Of a stretch of 45,135 nt of DNA, positions 25,512-34,080 are shown in pieces. The notes beneath the pieces are model-generated. The model made no database searches and had not been told where the DNA came from. It saw nothing but the letters and a program-made list of their open reading frames with translations. Source of the stretch: a virus; IMG/VR virus record IMGVR_UViG_3300034069_000901, positions 1-45,135 of that record, one strand, 5' to 3'. Within the stretch, counting starts at the first letter, position 1. The number at the start of each line of letters is the position of its first letter. Position numbers and translations under genes: made by a program.

Positions 25512-26590
25512 CGGAGAACCACGACATGGCAAAACGACCGAGCGGCACCGCCGCCCTGGCGAAAGCGCGGGAGACATTGGGCGGCGAAAACGCGGCACAG
25601 GCCGGGGAACGCGTCGGCGAGGCCGCGGCGGCCGAAGGCGCCAAGCCCGACGAAGCCGCTTCTTTGGCCAAGGTCGTCGAGGAGGAGGTCGGGAAAGCGA
25701 CGGGGGAAGTCGAGGCCGGCCCTGTGGCCGATGGTGCGACAACCCCCGATGCTGCCCCGTCCGATGCTTCGGCTACCTCAATCCCCCCGGCGCCGGGTGA
25801 CGATTCGGAAAGCGTGTTCGAACGCCGCTTGGGCCGCCTCACGACGATCGTGGAGGAGGCCGAATTCGAAAGCGGAACCGCGCTCGGCGATATCGTCGAG
25901 CTGATCCTCGACCTGTTCAAGCATCGGCCCAAGCTATGGTCGACCATGTCCAACGACGAGCAGAAAACCGTCGTCCGCACCATCGAGACGACTGCCAAGG
26001 ACGTCCTCAAGAAGGTCGTTCTTGTGATCGCGCAAGAGGACAGTATCACGCTTCAAGGCACGTTCCTCGGCCAATTCAACGTCAAGGGCGAAACGATCGA
26101 GGCCAAGGTCAAGATCGAGGGCGTCGACGACGAGGTTCTGTCCCACGCGTTCCGGCTCGCGGGCCACAAGGTCGTCCTCGTGTCGGCCGACGACAAGCGG
26201 TTCTCGTCGAAGCGGCGCGAGCCGGAGACGATCCCGGATCAGGTCGCGATGCGGTTCGCGGACGACGTGAAGGCGGATCGTCCCAAGGAGGTCGAAGCGC
26301 CGCCCAAGGACGACTCCGACCTCGCCGACGGTGCGGACGACGATAATGGCGGCCAGGACGACGACGGCGACGGCGAGCCGGGCGCGGATGACGACCCGGC
26401 CAGCTTCGCCGTGCATGACGCCGATGGCGAGGTATGGCTCGTCGCGGATCATCACCGTTCCGGCGAGGACGCGTGGACCGACAACCCGGCCCATGCGAAG
26501 CGATTCAGCCGATCCGCCGCGGAGGCCGAGGTCGCCGATTATGGCGAAGGCGTCGCGATCGTCGACCATCCCGCGCCCGCCGAGGGCTGA
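25508..26590 (+). CDS. Hypothetical highly acidic protein (360 aa)
   Basis: ATGA overlap with the methyltransferase gene. It has an Ala/Glu-rich N-terminus and a strongly acidic tract, DDSDLADGADDDNGGQDDDGDGEPGADDD. No enzymatic motif recognised. Confidence 0.7.
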   Translation: MTENHDMAKRPSGTAALAKARETLGGENAAQAGERVGEAAAAEGAKPDEAASLAKVVEEEVGKATGEVEAGPVADGATTPDAAPSDASATSIPPAPGDDSESVFERRLGRLTTIVEEAEFESGTALGDIVELILDLFKHRPKLWSTMSNDEQKTVVRTIETTAKDVLKKVVLVIAQEDSITLQGTFLGQFNVKGETIEAKVKIEGVDDEVLSHAFRLAGHKVVLVSADDKRFSSKRREPETIPDQVAMRFADDVKADRPKEVEAPPKDDSDLADGADDDNGGQDDDGDGEPGADDDPASFAVHDADGEVWLVADHHRSGEDAWTDNPAHAKRFSRSAAEAEVADYGEGVAIVDHPAPAEG

Positions 26591-26598
26591 CGTTCTCC

Positions 26599-26623
26599 CC
26601 TGCCCGGTCATGAGCCGGGCAGG
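26599..26623 (+). other. GC hairpin after the acidic-protein gene (possible terminator or processing site, no U-tract)
   Basis: CCTGCCCGG (26599-26607) pairs with CCGGGCAGG (26615-26623): a 9-bp stem with a 7-nt loop, 9 nt after the stop. Confidence 0.35.
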
Positions 26624-26650
26624 CATTAACGCCAGCTCGAAAGGATCATC

Positions 26651-26905
26651 ATGGCAAAGTTCTTGCAATTCCCGTCCCAGCCGTTCGGCCGTCCCGCGTG
26701 GATCGACCCGGATCGGGTAAGCGCCATCGTGGATTGCGTCGAAATGCGCCAAGGCCAGATCGCAGGCGGGCGGCCCTCGGTCGCGATCACGGGGACGAAC
26801 GTGATCGTCGACGGCCAGGCCGTCACCCTCGTCGGCGAGCCCGCGCCCATCGCCGCCGCGATCGAAAAGGGCAGGACCGCGGCAACCGCGATGCTCGTGG
26901 GTTGA
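26651..26905 (+). CDS. Hypothetical protein (84 aa)
   Basis: ATG at 26651 after AAAGGA. The product begins MAKFLQFPSQPFGRPAWIDPDRVSAIVD. Confidence 0.6.
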   Translation: MAKFLQFPSQPFGRPAWIDPDRVSAIVDCVEMRQGQIAGGRPSVAITGTNVIVDGQAVTLVGEPAPIAAAIEKGRTAATAMLVG

Positions 26906-26909
26906 GCCT

Positions 26910-27503
26910 GTGCGCGTCGCTTTCGAGATACTCGGCGCTCCGGTCGGCAAGGGCAGGCCCCGCGTCGACCATCGCTCCGGGCGGGTCCATGAGGACGCCA
27001 AGACAGCGGCGCACGAACGCGCCGTGGCCAAGACGGTCCGCGCCGTGTTCGGCCAGGGCGACCCGTGGACCGGCCCGGTTCGTGTCACCATCACCGCGGT
27101 TTCGGCCGTTCCCGCGAGCTGGCCCAAGCGGTACGCCGCCGCCCTGGCCAACGGCGCGATCGTGTATGATGACGGCAAGCCGGACGGCGACAATATCGAG
27201 AAGCTGATATGGGACGCCTGTAACGGGATCGTCTGGCGCGACGATTCCCAGGTCGCGGAATGGGCGGGGCGGAAACGCTACGGCTCGCCCGAGCGCGTCG
27301 AGGTCCTCGTCGAGCTGATCCATGACGCGATGGGCGCTCCGCCCCTTCCCACCCCGGCGCAGCTCGCGCGCGAGAAGGTGGGTTGGGCCGAGGTCCTTAG
27401 GCGCCGGGCCGAGACGAAGGCGGCACGGAAAGAGGCGAACAAGGCCCGCCGCGCCGCCGGCACGACGTCCGGCGCATCCCTGTTCGGACGCGGGCGCAAA
27501 TGA
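26910..27503 (+). CDS. rusA: RusA-family Holliday junction resolvase
   Basis: GKGRPR near the N-terminus and KPDGDNIEKLIWDACNGIVWRDDSQV are the RusA signature. The start is a GTG. Confidence 0.85.
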   Translation: MRVAFEILGAPVGKGRPRVDHRSGRVHEDAKTAAHERAVAKTVRAVFGQGDPWTGPVRVTITAVSAVPASWPKRYAAALANGAIVYDDGKPDGDNIEKLIWDACNGIVWRDDSQVAEWAGRKRYGSPERVEVLVELIHDAMGAPPLPTPAQLAREKVGWAEVLRRRAETKAARKEANKARRAAGTTSGASLFGRGRK

Positions 27504-28579
27504 GGCCAGCCCCGCCCGTGCCGGCCGACGCGGACCTCCGGCCGCTGCCCTTCATGCCGCTTCACGTCGCCAAGCTCCGCGATTCCGACCTCGCCGCGGA
27601 ATGCGAGCCCGAGGCGTGTTGGTATGCTGTGCTGCTATGGTGCGGGGCTTGGCATCAACTCCCGGCCGGATCGCTCCCGAACAACGACACCGTCCTGTGC
27701 CGCCTGATCGGCTTGGGCCGCGACCTTAAGACGTGGCGACAACACCGCGAACAGGCCTTGCGCGGCTGGTACGAATGCAGCGACGGCCGGCTGTACCATC
27801 CCGTCGTGACGCAAGAGGTCATCAAGGCGTGGCGCGGTCGCTTGGAACAAAAGCACCGCACCGAATGCGCGCGCATCAAGAAGCTTAATCAGCGGAACGG
27901 AACCGACCTTCCAACTCCCACCCTTGAGGAATTCTTGGCCGGCCGTAACCCTGCCAGTAAGGAAGCGTTGTCCCAAGGGACATTGGACCTTGTCCCCGAG
28001 GACACGGTAGAATGTCCCGAGGGACACGGCGATATGTCCCCAGGGACAAAGGCCAATGTCCCTAGGGAAAACCCATCCAAGGGAGAGAGAGAGAGAGAGG
28101 GAGAGAGAGATTCTAGAAATAACCATCAACCGTCGAGTCCAGAACCCGCGGCACCGCAGTCGGACGGATCGGAACGGGAGGAGATACCGCTTTCCCGAGA
28201 CGACTTGCTCGGGATCACGCGGCGGCTGGCCAAGCTCGGATCGTCGCCACTCGACCCGTCACGGCCAGGGCCGTTCACCAGGGAGCTGGACCTCGTGAAA
28301 GGATGGATCGGGGACGGTATCGACGTCGAGGCGACGATCGTTCCCGCCATCGCGCATCGGCTCGCCAACACGGCGGAGGACTCGATCGGATCGCTCAAAT
28401 TCTACGATCGCGACGTCCGCAAGGCCCACGCCAAGGCGATCGGCGCCGGACCGAGCCGCACCGTCACGCCAGCGGACCGCCGGAACAGCTTGCGTCGCAA
28501 CGCCGAGCTTTACCGCCGCATGGGCCGCGATGCCGACGCGGACGAAGCGGAACGCCAGCTCGGGGCCATGGGCGCGTGA
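27500..28579 (+). CDS. DUF1376 (YdaU-like) replication-associated protein
   Basis: ATGA overlap with the previous gene. LPFMPLHVAKLRDSDLAAECEPEACWYAVLLWCGAWHQLPAGSLPNND...DGRLYHPVV matches the DUF1376 N-terminal domain. Confidence 0.78.
   Translation: MRPAPPVPADADLRPLPFMPLHVAKLRDSDLAAECEPEACWYAVLLWCGAWHQLPAGSLPNNDTVLCRLIGLGRDLKTWRQHREQALRGWYECSDGRLYHPVVTQEVIKAWRGRLEQKHRTECARIKKLNQRNGTDLPTPTLEEFLAGRNPASKEALSQGTLDLVPEDTVECPEGHGDMSPGTKANVPRENPSKGEREREGERDSRNNHQPSSPEPAAPQSDGSEREEIPLSRDDLLGITRRLAKLGSSPLDPSRPGPFTRELDLVKGWIGDGIDVEATIVPAIAHRLANTAEDSIGSLKFYDRDVRKAHAKAIGAGPSRTVTPADRRNSLRRNAELYRRMGRDADADEAERQLGAMGA
28079..28110. repeat. 32-nt homopurine tract with (GA)n microsatellite and a perfect 21-nt mirror repeat
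   Basis: The tract is aagggagagagagagagagagggagagagaga. Positions 28081-28101 (ggg-(ag)7a-ggg) are mirror-symmetric. In frame it encodes KGEREREGERD within the DUF1376 gene. Confidence 0.9.
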
Positions 28580-28950
28580 CGCGACGGTCCCACCTGATCG
28601 CGGAACGGCTCGGTCGCGACAACGCGAAACGGCTGTCCCAGCTCGTCGGCGGGACCCGCTTGCACGTCCCGTCCCGGATCGTTCCGCCTGCCACCGGGGG
28701 CCGCGACGGGTTCAAGCGGCTCGCCCGTCTCTTGGGCCACGACCTCGCCGTCCTCGTCGTTCTGCATTTCGGCGATTCCCGCCTGTACGTCCCCCGCGGC
28801 TCGCAGTCGGCGCCGGTCGACCCCCGCACCGTGGCTCGCTTGACCCGCAAGGGCTGGAGCGCGTCTCGCATCGCCCGCCGGCTCGGTTGTTCCGACCGCA
28901 CCGTCCACAAGCATCGCGTCCCAAGCGACGCCCAACCCGAGGAGCTTTGA
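28576..28950 (+). CDS. Mor-like transcription activator (middle/late gene regulator)
   Basis: GTGA overlap with the previous gene. GGTRLHVP and GDSRLYVPRG resemble the Mor GGxxxYIPRG motif. The C-terminal HTH is WSASRIARRLGCSDRTVHKH. Confidence 0.65.
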   Translation: MTRRSHLIAERLGRDNAKRLSQLVGGTRLHVPSRIVPPATGGRDGFKRLARLLGHDLAVLVVLHFGDSRLYVPRGSQSAPVDPRTVARLTRKGWSASRIARRLGCSDRTVHKHRVPSDAQPEEL

Positions 28951-28953
28951 CCC

Positions 28954-29988
28954 ATGACACAGCACGGAAACGGGGGAGTTGACGATTTTGCCCCGCAAAT
29001 GCCCGTACAGCGTAGGAAGGCGCCGGACCCTACCTCGGGTAGCGCAAAACCCGTAATCGAGGCTGGCAAGCGTATTTTCCCGAGTCGTTGGGACGATTTG
29101 TCGCACGAGGTCCGCGCAACCGCTCGGGACACGGCGGAGAGGATCGTCGACGCGGCCCTCCCGATCAGCGTCTATGCTGCGCCGGAATGGGACAGTTTCG
29201 ACGAGGACGGCCACGAATGGTTGGCCGCGATCGTGCTGGAGACGCAACGCTCGGCCGCGGTGGGCGTGTTCGACATAACCAAGCCGATCAACGCACGGCA
29301 GGACGGCCTTCTCGCGATCGACGTGTTGCAGCGGTTCAACACGGGCAAAGGTCCGTTCGTCCTGGCCGATGCGAACCGCATAATCGAAGCGATTCGCGGC
29401 ATGGTTCTCCGGCTCCAGGCCGACCAAGAGACGATCGCGTTTCTCGAAGGCGACCGCATGGCGATCGTGGCGGAGCGCAACGAAGCGCAAGAGACGATCC
29501 GCGACCTCCGCGCCAAACTGATCCACCTTGAGGGCGCCGACGCGGCCGGTTCTCAACTCGCGTTCGACGCGACGTGCGATCAGGTCCGCGCCTTACTTCG
29601 GCCTTCGCATATCGACGCGCTGTCCAAGCGCGACACGGCCAGCCTCAACCCGGCCGAGTTGGCCGAATTGGCGCTGTGGCAAACCGACGTGGAAGGCCGC
29701 GCGATCCGGTTCGTCGCCGAGCTGGCGACCATGACGGACACGGAATGCGATTTCGTCGAGGGCCGCGATCTCCGGTTGCTCGCTCGGCTGCTACAGGTCC
29801 CCGGCGACGAAACGCCGACCGTGCCTCGCTACTACAGCGAGCAGGACCGCAAGCGGGCACAAGATGCGCTAATCGGGTCGCCGTGCCTCACGGTTGAGCG
29901 TCGCGGTAGCTATTATCGAGCCGTGTTGACCGCCACGGGGATTGACCTTGTCGCTGAGGCGCTCGGGATGCGGAGGGCGGGGGCATGA
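28954..29988 (+). CDS. Hypothetical protein (344 aa)
   Basis: Long ORF with normal amino-acid composition and a central coiled-coil (ERNEAQETIRDLRAKLIHLE). No catalytic motif recognised. It does not resemble an integrase or transposase. Confidence 0.7.
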   Translation: MTQHGNGGVDDFAPQMPVQRRKAPDPTSGSAKPVIEAGKRIFPSRWDDLSHEVRATARDTAERIVDAALPISVYAAPEWDSFDEDGHEWLAAIVLETQRSAAVGVFDITKPINARQDGLLAIDVLQRFNTGKGPFVLADANRIIEAIRGMVLRLQADQETIAFLEGDRMAIVAERNEAQETIRDLRAKLIHLEGADAAGSQLAFDATCDQVRALLRPSHIDALSKRDTASLNPAELAELALWQTDVEGRAIRFVAELATMTDTECDFVEGRDLRLLARLLQVPGDETPTVPRYYSEQDRKRAQDALIGSPCLTVERRGSYYRAVLTATGIDLVAEALGMRRAGA

Positions 29989-30236
29989 GCGTCGAGGTCA
30001 AGCCTTGGCCCAAGTTATTGCGTGACGTTCGCCGCACCCGAGGTCGCACGAAGCGAGATATCAGCACGGGCCTTGTCGTAATTGCAAAAGGAACGACGGG
30101 AACAATCGAAACGGCTGGCAACGGCTGGAATTTGCTTCAATTCACGGCTGACAAATGTGGCGCTTGTGGTTGTCAGCCACGAGCAACCCGATTGTCCAAA
30201 TCGGACCTCGAAATGATCGGAGAAGCCTTAATATGA
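29985..30236 (+). CDS. Hypothetical protein (83 aa)
   Basis: ATGA overlaps at both ends. A Cys pair occurs in DKCGACGCQP. Confidence 0.55.
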   Translation: MSVEVKPWPKLLRDVRRTRGRTKRDISTGLVVIAKGTTGTIETAGNGWNLLQFTADKCGACGCQPRATRLSKSDLEMIGEALI

Positions 30237-30490
30237 GCCCGGTCGACAAAGCCAAGCGCACCCTTACGGTTGTCGAAATACCGCGCGACGAGCTGGCGCT
30301 CCGGATCGCGCAAGGCTGCATCGGCATGGTTCCACCCATAGGCATTTCGGCGACGAAGGTTCTCGACGACATGGACAAGATACCGACCATGCACGGCGGT
30401 CCGATGATGGGCGAGGGCTTCCGTCGTGCCGCGGATCACGCCGTCCGCTACTTTCACCAATGCGTCGCGAAGGGAACACAGCCGTCATGA
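30233..30490 (+). CDS. Hypothetical protein (85 aa)
   Basis: ATG at 30233 (ATGA overlap), in frame with track ORF 30155..30490. Confidence 0.55.
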   Translation: MSPVDKAKRTLTVVEIPRDELALRIAQGCIGMVPPIGISATKVLDDMDKIPTMHGGPMMGEGFRRAADHAVRYFHQCVAKGTQPS

Positions 30491-30732
30491 CGGCGCCGAC
30501 CGATATCGTCCTGCTACACGGCCGGTCCGCTCCACCTTGCGGGTTCGGCGCCGATCCACGTCCTGGCCGGCGGATCGCCTTGGCGTGGAGCGCCGTCGAA
30601 AGCATCGTCGACGACGGCGATGGATGCACGATCGTCACCAAGAGCGACACTTATCGGGTGACAGCCAGCTATGACGAGGCGGTCGCCAAGGTGTGGCCCG
30701 AGCGAAAGGCGTTACCCGCCGACGAGGATTGA
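30487..30732 (+). CDS. Hypothetical protein (81 aa)
   Basis: ATG at 30487 (ATGA overlap), in frame with track ORF 30460..30732. Confidence 0.55.
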   Translation: MTAPTDIVLLHGRSAPPCGFGADPRPGRRIALAWSAVESIVDDGDGCTIVTKSDTYRVTASYDEAVAKVWPERKALPADED

Positions 30733-30763
30733 CCGCATTGCGCGGGCGTTGCATACGGTTTGC

Positions 30764-31027
30764 ATGGATCAGGACCGCAACGCCCGTTTGACCTCCGCAC
30801 CCGCGAGCGCGGCGGAGGAGGTGGTGTTAGACCCTGGCCATCCCGCTTGGGAGAAGGCGCGTGATCTAATCGTCTCGCGCATGTTGGCGATCAACGCGAT
30901 GCACCCCGGCAACGGCTGCCTGAAGCGTGATGCTGAACGGCTGCGCGAAGGTCAGCTTGCTCACATGGATGTGTGGATCGCACTCGACGTGCTGTCTCGC
31001 GCCCTTCTCAAGGATCAGGAACAATGA
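30764..31027 (+). CDS. Hypothetical protein (87 aa)
   Basis: ATG at 30764, in frame with track ORF 30671..31027. Confidence 0.5.
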   Translation: MDQDRNARLTSAPASAAEEVVLDPGHPAWEKARDLIVSRMLAINAMHPGNGCLKRDAERLREGQLAHMDVWIALDVLSRALLKDQEQ

Positions 31028-31932
31028 GCGACTTATGCGAGGACTGTCCGCCGGTTGGCTACCCGACTGACGAAACACGCTGCACCTCCTGCCCACGAAG
31101 GACAATCCCCATGCCTGACCCCACCCCCGATGCGGCGCCTGTGACGCGGGAGGGCGACTATCTCGCTGATCGGTTTGAGTGGGCGGCCCCTGGCGATCAG
31201 CAGGAGGACGCTTGGTTGGTTCGGTTTTGCGATAAGGATTGCGGCGAAGCGATCTTTACCGGGCTAAATGCTGAAGCTGAAGCGCGAGCTTACTGGAACC
31301 GTTACGCTCCGTCTTACAACATCTATGTATTTCGTCTCGCCCGCCTCGCCGCCGAAGCGCAACATCGGGAGCGGGCGGAGATGCTCGATCGTGAGGCAGA
31401 CGTAGCCGATCATGAGATTGCCCTACTTAGGGAGCGGGCGGAGAAGGCGGAACGGGAGCCAGATGAGGCGCGGGAACGGTCACGCGAGTTCGCCGAAGTG
31501 GCGATGGGCAATGCTGGTGTTATTGGTCAGCATGAAATTACCATCGCGCTTGCTGGCAATGAACTCGACAAGGCCGGTGTGCCACACGACGATCATGGTG
31601 ACGAGGAAGATCGCGACCTGACGTTGGCACAACGATGCGAGTTGCTGGCGCACTACTACCACGAGGAGCTTAATCGGGCTGATGAAGCCGAAGCCGCCCT
31701 CCTCGCATCCGAGCAGCACAACCGGGCGCTGGTGGAGAGAGACGCAAAGGTTGCCGAGTGCGCCTTTGATGATCGTCCGCGTTCTCGCGTTGGTCATCCC
31801 AGCCAGATGGATTGGGACGACGGTTATCGCGACGGTACGCAGGCCGCCGCTCAAGCTATTCGCGCCCTCCTCCCTGCGGCGGAAGGCGAGAGGGGTGAAG
31901 ACTCCTCAACCCGCGATGCCCCTGCTATCTAG
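31024..31932 (+). CDS. Hypothetical protein (302 aa) with an N-terminal Cys cluster and an acidic coiled-coil
   Basis: ATGA overlap with the previous gene. The product begins MSDLCEDCPPVGYPTDETRCTSCP. The DNA is visibly AT-richer than the genome average. Confidence 0.65.
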   Translation: MSDLCEDCPPVGYPTDETRCTSCPRRTIPMPDPTPDAAPVTREGDYLADRFEWAAPGDQQEDAWLVRFCDKDCGEAIFTGLNAEAEARAYWNRYAPSYNIYVFRLARLAAEAQHRERAEMLDREADVADHEIALLRERAEKAEREPDEARERSREFAEVAMGNAGVIGQHEITIALAGNELDKAGVPHDDHGDEEDRDLTLAQRCELLAHYYHEELNRADEAEAALLASEQHNRALVERDAKVAECAFDDRPRSRVGHPSQMDWDDGYRDGTQAAAQAIRALLPAAEGERGEDSSTRDAPAI

Positions 31933-31937
31933 GCGCA

Positions 31938-32459
31938 ATGGGCATCAACGATTACGAAATCCCGGAGGTTGAGGAGCTGGAACCGTGGGCACAGGGCTTG
32001 AAGCACCCTGATATCCAATTCGTCCGCGAGTTCTTGGTCGATTTCAAGGCCATGTCGGCCGCGATCCGATGCGGGTGGAACCCGGAGACGGCCAAGTCGA
32101 GCGCGACCCGCAAGTTGCGTCGCCCTGTCATCGCCCGAGCCGTGGCCCGCGCGATGCAGGACCGGGCCGAGGCGCTCAACATCACGGCGCGCACCGTTCT
32201 TTCCGAGGCATGGCATTGCTACATGGCATGCGTGGGCGAGGCGAAATGGGAGTCGGCCCACAAGTTCTTGGAGCTGATCGGCAAGCACGTCGACGTTCGC
32301 GCGTTCCGGGATCGCGTCGGCCTGCCCCATGATGACGACGTCCCCGCGTTGAATTATGACGCCCTCTCGACCGATGAAAAACGCCAGCTCCTCGCCCTCC
32401 ACGAACGAATTGGCGCTGCACCCGCTTCGCCTAATGGAGGGGCTTCGCGCCTCAATTGA
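31938..32459 (+). CDS. terS: Terminase small subunit (Terminase_2-like)
   Basis: FVREFLVDFKAMSAAIRCGWNPETAKSSATRKLRRPVIARAV matches the Terminase_2 HTH region. It lies directly upstream of TerL. Confidence 0.8.
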   Translation: MGINDYEIPEVEELEPWAQGLKHPDIQFVREFLVDFKAMSAAIRCGWNPETAKSSATRKLRRPVIARAVARAMQDRAEALNITARTVLSEAWHCYMACVGEAKWESAHKFLELIGKHVDVRAFRDRVGLPHDDDVPALNYDALSTDEKRQLLALHERIGAAPASPNGGASRLN

Positions 32460-34080
32460 GGCCGACGAACGGGCCGCACAGCAACGCAAGGTGATGAACC
32501 GGGCGTTGCAGGCGCGGGCATCGTTCGCCGAGTTCTGCCGGACCATCGAAATCCCCGGCGCTCCGGTCGACGAGCAAGACGAGAACCTCGACGCGGCCGG
32601 CCCGGCATCCGAGAAGCCGCTCGCGGCGCACCATCAATTGTTGTGCGACAAGCTCCAGCTCGTGGAGTCCGGCGCGATTCGCCGCATGATGGTATTCATG
32701 CCGCCCGGCTCGGCCAAATCCACCTATGCCAGCGTCCTGTTCCCGGCGTGGTTCATGGGCCGGGAGCGGCGCCGCAACGTGATCGTGGCGACCTATGCAA
32801 GCCCGCTCGGCAAGAAGATCGGGCGGCGCATGCGATCCGTGATCCGGCAAGGCGCATATCGCCAGATATTCGGGATCGGATTGAGCGCGGAGTCGAGCGC
32901 GGCGGACCAATTCGCCCTCACGAACGAAAACGAAATGATGGCGGGTGGCATCCTGTCCGGCATCACGGGCAACCGTGCCGACCTGATCGTGATTGACGAC
33001 CCGATCAAGGGACGGCGTGACGCCGAAAGCGCCACGGTCCGCGAAAGCACGAGGTCCGAGTTTCGGGACAGCATCATGACGCGCGGCAAGCCCGGATTCC
33101 GCGTTCTCCTCATTCAAACCCGGTGGCACGAGGCCGACCTTGCCGGCGGCATCCTGCCCGAGGACTATGACGGCGAATCCGGTCCAATCCTGTGTCGGGA
33201 CGGGGAGACGTGGGAGGTCGTGAACCTGCCCGCCGAGGCGGAGCGCGCCGACGATCCGCTCGGCCGGCGGAAAGGCGAAATGCTGTGGCCCGAGTGGTTC
33301 CCGGCCAGCCATTGGGCGCCGTTCCGCAAGACGGCCAGGACGTGGGCCTCCCTGTTTCAGCAGCGCCCCACCCCGGCCGAGGGCGGCTTGTTCAAGCGGG
33401 CGTGGTTCACGGGCAAGATTATCGCGCCGGACAAGCTGCCCACGCGCTTCATGTCGCGGTGCCGGGCGTGGGACCTCGCCGCGACCGAGGCGACGTCGGG
33501 CGACGATCCGGATTGGACCGCCGGCATTCGCATGGCTCGGGACGGACCCGATTACTATATCGAGCATGTCGAGCGCATGCGTCGATCCGCGGCCGACGTC
33601 CGGACCGCGTTGAAGGAGAACGCCGAAACCGATCCGGTCGGTACAACGATCCGCTTGCCACAGGACCCCGGCCAAGCCGGCGTGGATCAGGCGGACAGTC
33701 TGATTAAATTCCTGGCCGGCTACGCGGTTCGGGTCGTGCGGCCCACGGGCAGCAAGGCCATTCGCGCCGAGCCCTTCGCGACGCAATGCGAGAACGGCAA
33801 CGTCTATCTCGTGCGCGGTCCATGGAACGACGCCTTTCTCGACGAGCTGTGTTCCTTCCCGAGCGCGGCCCACGACGATCAGGTCGACGCGGCGGCCGAC
33901 GCGTTCAATGAGCTGGCGCTCCGCGAGCATGTCCCGTTCTCGTCGCAAAGCGAGGGCCGCCGCGAAACCCTTACCCCCGATCGTGACAGGCGCGGCGAGT
34001 TGGACGATAAGCCGGCGGACAGCGGTCGGGGCTTCGGCTCGGTCCGCTCCCTATCGGCTGGCCAAGGGATCGCGTTCTAA
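32434..34080 (+). CDS. terL: Terminase large subunit (ATPase plus RNaseH-like nuclease)
   Basis: Walker A is MPPGSAKST, Walker B is LIVIDDP, and QTRWHEADL follows. The C-terminal nuclease motif is AAHDDQVDAAADAF. The start is uncertain: the track gives 32356, and I chose the ATG at 32434, which overlaps terS by 26 nt. Confidence 0.85.
   Translation: MEGLRASIEADERAAQQRKVMNRALQARASFAEFCRTIEIPGAPVDEQDENLDAAGPASEKPLAAHHQLLCDKLQLVESGAIRRMMVFMPPGSAKSTYASVLFPAWFMGRERRRNVIVATYASPLGKKIGRRMRSVIRQGAYRQIFGIGLSAESSAADQFALTNENEMMAGGILSGITGNRADLIVIDDPIKGRRDAESATVRESTRSEFRDSIMTRGKPGFRVLLIQTRWHEADLAGGILPEDYDGESGPILCRDGETWEVVNLPAEAERADDPLGRRKGEMLWPEWFPASHWAPFRKTARTWASLFQQRPTPAEGGLFKRAWFTGKIIAPDKLPTRFMSRCRAWDLAATEATSGDDPDWTAGIRMARDGPDYYIEHVERMRRSAADVRTALKENAETDPVGTTIRLPQDPGQAGVDQADSLIKFLAGYAVRVVRPTGSKAIRAEPFATQCENGNVYLVRGPWNDAFLDELCSFPSAAHDDQVDAAADAFNELALREHVPFSSQSEGRRETLTPDRDRRGELDDKPADSGRGFGSVRSLSAGQGIAF

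Noticed and set aside
28079-28110. The (GA)n tract, and the (ACC/CCG)-type Thr-Pro repeat at 3815-3845, as possible CRISPR or other array-like repeats.
   Set aside because: These are simple low-complexity microsatellites within ORFs, with no spacer-repeat periodicity. No CRISPR-like array exists in the window.
28954-29988. The 344-aa ORF (and the 360-aa acidic ORF at 25508..26590) as the missing integrase or transposase.
   Set aside because: Neither shows an R...HxxR...Y tyrosine-recombinase pattern, a serine-recombinase N-terminus or a DDE triad. Both were left as hypothetical.
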